Origin: Promethearchaeota archaeon
GTDB taxonomy: Archaea > Asgardarchaeota > Lokiarchaeia > Sigyniarchaeales > SOKP01
DNA: 64,000 nucleotides
NCBI GenBank assembly: GCA_011364925.1
Contig: RDOA01000008.1
Span: 40,744-104,743, forward strand
Reading direction: 5' to 3'
Shown: positions 59,825 to 64,000 of the stretch, piece by piece
Position numbering within the stretch: the first letter of the stretch is position 1
Layout: every line of letters begins with the position of its first letter
Translations under genes and position numbers: made by a program
Notes under the pieces: generated by a model
Database searches by the model: none
What the model was told of the DNA's origin: nothing
Seen by the model: only the letters and a program-made list of their open reading frames with translations

Positions 59825-61448
59825 TAAAAGTGAAGTGAATCCAAAAATGAGTCAAAAAAAATCCGAACTCGACATTGGATCAAAAACGATTACAATAGAA
59901 GACAAAGTTACTCTTATTACGGGTAAGTTTAAACGAGAATTATTTCAGAAATACCAGAATAAAGAATTCATAGAAGTTATTGATGAGCTAGATTTAATTC
60001 CGGCGAATAAATTCGTCAGTCAGTTCCAGAATAAATCAGATGAATTAAAAGGTTTAGAACATTCTTTAAATATATTGGATTTTATAACAAGTTATCTAAG
60101 AATAACGGAATATAATTTAGAAGTATTTTCTAAATTTAATAATACTATTGAAATTATTTTAAGTGCTTTTGGATTTTTAAATTTAACAGAAACAAAATAT
60201 CAACTGGAAACAGAATTATCATTAGCAAAAAAGTATAAAAAATCCAGTGAATTATCAGCGATTGTAGATTTAATTAATAAGTTAAAGAAATCTATAAATG
60301 AGAATCAAATTAAGTTAAATTATATTAAAGAAGATTATTTACGACATAAAAATCAAGTAGATCAGTTAAAAAAAACCATAAACGGTTTCGAAGAAAGTAT
60401 TAAGGAATTAAATCAAATTAAAAAGAACTGTTTCAATCAAATAAATAGAATTACTAGACAAATAGAAGGAAATACTAGCCATCAAGATGAGAGTTCGTTA
60501 TCAGAATTAGGCGTAGAGAGCAATTTAACTAATGCAGAAAAAATAAGAGCACTCCAGAAGAAAGCAAAAGATTCTCAATATGAGATTAAACAAATTAAGT
60601 TAAAATCCAATCAAACGAAAGAAAAACTGGAGAAAATAACCCCACAGTATAATATTTATAAAAATGATTACGAGGCAATCTTAGAATCAATTAGAGAAGA
60701 TGAAAATCGAATAAAAGTAACACAAAATGAATATGAGAGAAAATTGTTAGATAATAACGAATCGCGAATTGAAGAGATAAAAGAATTTTCATTTTCTCCA
60801 GCAAGAACTGTAATAGAAATTGAGCATGAGCTCTCAAAAATTAATTCAGAATTGAAAGAACTTCCGATTTCAGAAAGTATCTCTGATAAAGAAAATGTTA
60901 TTAATCTAAACATTATAGTTAAGCGATTAAAAGAAATCGATGATATCCTACGGAATCATAACGATAAGATTTACATTCATAAAAGTGAAGAAGAACTTTC
61001 AAATGCTTTTGATAAATATTATCTTTTTGAGGGTGTTATAAAAGACTTAGAAGGTATTCTAAATGATTTCTTAAAAGAAATTAGTCTTGAAATGAAGTTC
61101 CTCCTTGTTATTAATGAATCTAATACTTCATTTTATCTAAAAACAGTTTTCGAGAGAAAAGATAAAGAAATTGCAAACTTTGAAGATCTTACGACTCCTG
61201 AAAAAATATTCTTTATTGTTTGTTTTTTTATCTCAAATGAAGTTCTTTTAGGACATAACAACATTGTTTTCTCAAATCTATTTATTCCTAAGATTTACAA
61301 TAAAGGTGGATCTATTTATCGTACGTTTAGAAGAATTATTCCCTTATTTGATACAAATGATAAATTAAGAAAATTTAAATTGATTTTTGTCATATCGAAT
61401 CTGGAATTAAAAAAAGACATCAATAATATCAAAATAATTAAAGTTTAG
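59811..61448 (+). CDS. SMC-like coiled-coil protein with degenerate ABC-ATPase head (ATG 59847 possible start)
   Basis: N-terminal TITIEDKVTLITGK; about 300 aa of coiled coil; C-terminal DLTTPEK / IVFSN / KLIFVISN where signature, Walker B and H-loop would lie. Confidence 0.65.
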   Translation: MNLTNKSEVNPKMSQKKSELDIGSKTITIEDKVTLITGKFKRELFQKYQNKEFIEVIDELDLIPANKFVSQFQNKSDELKGLEHSLNILDFITSYLRITEYNLEVFSKFNNTIEIILSAFGFLNLTETKYQLETELSLAKKYKKSSELSAIVDLINKLKKSINENQIKLNYIKEDYLRHKNQVDQLKKTINGFEESIKELNQIKKNCFNQINRITRQIEGNTSHQDESSLSELGVESNLTNAEKIRALQKKAKDSQYEIKQIKLKSNQTKEKLEKITPQYNIYKNDYEAILESIREDENRIKVTQNEYERKLLDNNESRIEEIKEFSFSPARTVIEIEHELSKINSELKELPISESISDKENVINLNIIVKRLKEIDDILRNHNDKIYIHKSEEELSNAFDKYYLFEGVIKDLEGILNDFLKEISLEMKFLLVINESNTSFYLKTVFERKDKEIANFEDLTTPEKIFFIVCFFISNEVLLGHNNIVFSNLFIPKIYNKGGSIYRTFRRIIPLFDTNDKLRKFKLIFVISNLELKKDINNIKIIKV

Positions 61449-61456
61449 AAGAGAGA

Positions 61457-61984
61457 ATGAAACTAAATATGGAAAATACAAATTTTGAAGAAACTGTAAA
61501 GAACATCTCTAAAATAGTGCTTACAAGTCCTCAAAAAATGATTCGAGAGGAAGACCTAAGAATTCTAAGTAAAAATTTCGATTTTGAAGAAATAATAAGC
61601 GCTGTTTATTTGAATTTAGTAAATATCGGTTTTGAGTTTATTAAATCAAAGTTTTTAGATCAAGTTTATTATATTTTAACCTCTGAAGGTAAAGATGATA
61701 ATGTAACACCTTCGCAATATGGTACGCTTGCGTTGATTATAGCGTATAGTAAGGAACTTGGAGAAAATTTAGAAATTACGGACTTAAAGGAGATTTTTAA
61801 AGAGGTTTGGAGCTCAGATATTGAATTTCTAATAGATAAGGATTATCTTAGAAAATTCGGAGATCAAAACATTCTCCGTGTTACCCCACTTGGAAAGGCT
61901 TTGTTAAAAAATGTCATTCAAGAACTAGATTTGAAGAAGCTATTAGATGTTATTACTACAAAAAATACACTTGATAAACTATAA
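61457..61984 (+). CDS. Tandem winged-helix protein (KITE/ScpB/Nse1/MksE-like)
   Basis: LVNIGFEFIK...YYIL; TPSQYGTLALII; LIDKDYLRK...RVTPLGKALL; directly after the SMC-like gene. Confidence 0.55.
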   Translation: MKLNMENTNFEETVKNISKIVLTSPQKMIREEDLRILSKNFDFEEIISAVYLNLVNIGFEFIKSKFLDQVYYILTSEGKDDNVTPSQYGTLALIIAYSKELGENLEITDLKEIFKEVWSSDIEFLIDKDYLRKFGDQNILRVTPLGKALLKNVIQELDLKKLLDVITTKNTLDKL

Positions 61985-62000
61985 AAAAAAAAGATCGAAA

Positions 62001-62420
62001 TTATTCCTTATTTAGATCAATTTTGAATTGGTCGTATATCTTCTTTACGCGTTCAGCCGAAGGACCCGTCCCTCTTACTCCTTCCTCATTTACAATAATC
62101 TTTCCGTTTAAAATGGAAATTATATTTTGATCTTCAATATAATTTACATGTCCTTTAGAAAAAATAGTAGCAATTCGATCCGCTAATCCTTGCATTGGAA
62201 ACGGTTCTTCTTCGACCGTTACATAATGATAATAGGAATTCCTTATCATAATTTTAGGGAAAACTTTATTCTTTTCATTTTTGGCGTTTGCTAAAATGAG
62301 ATTAGAATCTTCTGAAATACCTTTTAATTGACCGACAAAAAACTTGTCCTTTTCAAGATACACCTTTACAATCTTATCAATAAGTGATCCTAATTCCGTA
62401 TTATATTGTCTTAGACTTAT
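62001..62420 (-). CDS. Lsm/SmAP3-like RNA-binding protein; apparent ATA start at 62420
   Basis: SLRQYNTELGSLIDKIVKVYL...FVGQLKGI...NLILANA...IMIR Sm fold plus C-terminal domain; in-frame TGA two codons before the ATA. Confidence 0.8.
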   Translation of the reverse strand: MSLRQYNTELGSLIDKIVKVYLEKDKFFVGQLKGISEDSNLILANAKNEKNKVFPKIMIRNSYYHYVTVEEEPFPMQGLADRIATIFSKGHVNYIEDQNIISILNGKIIVNEEGVRGTGPSAERVKKIYDQFKIDLNKE

Positions 62421-62517
62421 ATTTCAACACCTTCAATAAATCTATTTGTTTATTATTAATATTATCTTCATTTACTTTTATTTTTAATTTAACCAATCTC
62501 TTACTAATTTCATTTAA

Positions 62518-63177
62518 TTAATCGGGGAACAACTCTTGTATTAACTCAGGGATGTTTTCACCTGTTACAGTACTAGTTGTAAATATTTTCAGATTCGGGT
62601 TTATTTCTAATGCATCTCTTATCATTTCTTCAATGTTTACATCAACTACATCGATTAAATCAACTTTATTAATAACCGCAATATCAGAAAACTTGAATAA
62701 CATTGGATGCTTTCGAATAACCCATGGACCCTCTGTGATAGATACAACAACTATTCTCTTATCAGTACCTAATATAAAATCGGATGGACATATAAGATTT
62801 CCGACGTTTTCTATAAAAATCACATTATACTCACTTAAATCTAAATTTTTTATCACTTGGGATATGTGGTAGGAATTTAGGGCACATTCTCTTCCGGTGT
62901 TAATCTGAATAGTCTTTACACCATGTTTCTCAATTCGGTCTGCGTCAATTCTCGTCGTTACATCTCCGTTTATTACTAAAACTTTTTTATTCTTAGAAAT
63001 CTCCTTGGAAAGCGTTTCTAAAAGTGCTGTTTTTCCAGCTCCTATAGCCCCAACTATGTCAAATGATTTTATATTATACTTTAAGAAAATTTCTTTATTT
63101 TGAGCTGCTAAATTCTCGTTATTTTCAATTAAATCCTCGTTCAACTCTATTATTTTTGACAGTTTTTCTTCTGGCAT
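62518..63177 (-). CDS. hypB: Hydrogenase nickel incorporation GTPase HypB
   Basis: GAIGAGKT, INTGREC, IENVGNLICP, SITEG, KHP, NKVD. Confidence 0.93.
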   Translation of the reverse strand: MPEEKLSKIIELNEDLIENNENLAAQNKEIFLKYNIKSFDIVGAIGAGKTALLETLSKEISKNKKVLVINGDVTTRIDADRIEKHGVKTIQINTGRECALNSYHISQVIKNLDLSEYNVIFIENVGNLICPSDFILGTDKRIVVVSITEGPWVIRKHPMLFKFSDIAVINKVDLIDVVDVNIEEMIRDALEINPNLKIFTTSTVTGENIPELIQELFPD

Positions 63178-63276
63178 AAATAAAACTCAAATAATTAAGT
63201 ATTCAATAATGGTAAAAAAACCTAACTTTTAATCGTTGATATTTTTTTCGGATTTAAAACATAAAAATCTAAAAAA

Positions 63277-63999
63277 TTAGAATCGGTTTTTCATTTTATA
63301 ATTATAAACGATAAATGAAGCAAGGACTCCTCCTAAATCTGGAAGATATATTAAGAGGACTGAAGGATTGCCAATTGCAAACAGCAATCCCGGGACTATT
63401 TTTATAAGGATTAAAAATGTTATTATTGTTTTCCCTTTCATTCTGATTGGCATAAAAAAGAATAAAAATATCATTCGACGGTTCCAATTCATATATATTG
63501 TAAAACAAATAACACCTAGCAGAGCACCCGAGGCTAAACCGTAAGGAACTATCGCTATAATTCCAAGAGGTAATAAAAAAATCTCCAATATAACCCATAA
63601 TACAAAATATAATAAACCCGAAAATAATGCGCAAATTAAATACAATTGTATCAAAAATTTTGTTCCAAACGCCCGTTCAATATTTTTTATAAGCATATAG
63701 AAAAAAATAAGGAGTATAAATAGAAAAATTAAGCCAAAGAAATCGTACGTGAAATTAACAAAAATTGAAGTAAAAAAAGTCCATAACCAAAAATCTAAAA
63801 AACTGCGACTACTTAAAGATAATTCGTATGGAAACACCAAGCTGGCAATAGACATTATGGTGATTGCGACCAGTAAATAGAGTGTCAAATTTTTCTGTGT
63901 TAACTGAGAGTCATAACTCCTATAAAGCTTAATTGTTTTTTGTTTCTGTTTATCTTGTCTTTTCAGATATTTCTTAAAACTCCTTGAAGTTCCATGTAA
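63277..63999 (-). CDS. Rhomboid-superfamily membrane protein, probably a pseudoprotease (partial; N-terminus beyond window)
   Basis: WTFFTSIF, IERAFG, GLASGALLG, PDLGG; frame is open upstream of 63888 to the window end. Confidence 0.75.
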   Translation of the reverse strand, partial: LHGTSRSFKKYLKRQDKQKQKTIKLYRSYDSQLTQKNLTLYLLVAITIMSIASLVFPYELSLSSRSFLDFWLWTFFTSIFVNFTYDFFGLIFLFILLIFFYMLIKNIERAFGTKFLIQLYLICALFSGLLYFVLWVILEIFLLPLGIIAIVPYGLASGALLGVICFTIYMNWNRRMIFLFFFMPIRMKGKTIITFLILIKIVPGLLFAIGNPSVLLIYLPDLGGVLASFIVYNYKMKNRF

Positions 64000-64000
64000 A

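Noticed and set aside
53036-61984. Canonical Wadjet or MukBEF call
   Set aside because: SMC-like protein is only 545 aa with degenerate ATPase motifs, and no JetD/Toprim was recognised
540-63634. Numerous 60-120 aa ORFs overlapping long genes (e.g. 3733-4044, 7619-7927, 17148-17516, 33082-33435, 62552-62872)
   Set aside because: Antisense or alternate-frame shadows of well-supported genes with no independent motifs
1-64000. CRISPR arrays, rRNA, transposases, selenoprotein TGA read-through
   Set aside because: No regularly spaced repeats, long GC-rich RNA gene, transposase motifs or convincing in-frame TGA/SECIS pair seen by eye

Overview
AT-rich archaeal chromosome segment, very likely Asgard archaea (Lokiarchaeia-like). 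The basis is unsplit Rpo2, PolD DP1/DP2, Cdc6, PAN, TFE, Cbf5, CarS and Elf1, together with four Ras-superfamily GTPases, roadblock/longin proteins and an Ost5/TMEM258-like protein. It holds about 60 CDS and 3 tRNAs: Lys-UUU with a 30-nt BHB intron in the T-loop, Thr-CGU, and Leu-GAG with C33. No CRISPR array or mobile element was seen. The most notable unexplained items are: (1) a candidate actin/membrane-remodelling locus at 46.6-50.4 kb, made of an unannotated 51-aa WH2-like micro-protein, a BAR-like helical protein and a WASH/WAVE/VASP-like coiled-coil + GPPPPP + amphipathic-helix protein; (2) an 8-gene co-directional cluster at 53-62 kb with a tandem PC4-like Zn-ribbon protein, an AAA+ ATPase, an SMC-like protein with a degenerate ATPase head and a KITE-like tandem winged-helix protein; (3) two genes that appear to start at ATA, each with the same AGGTG-N7-ATA-AGT context. 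All family assignments come from motif recognition by eye and from memory. No database searches were run.
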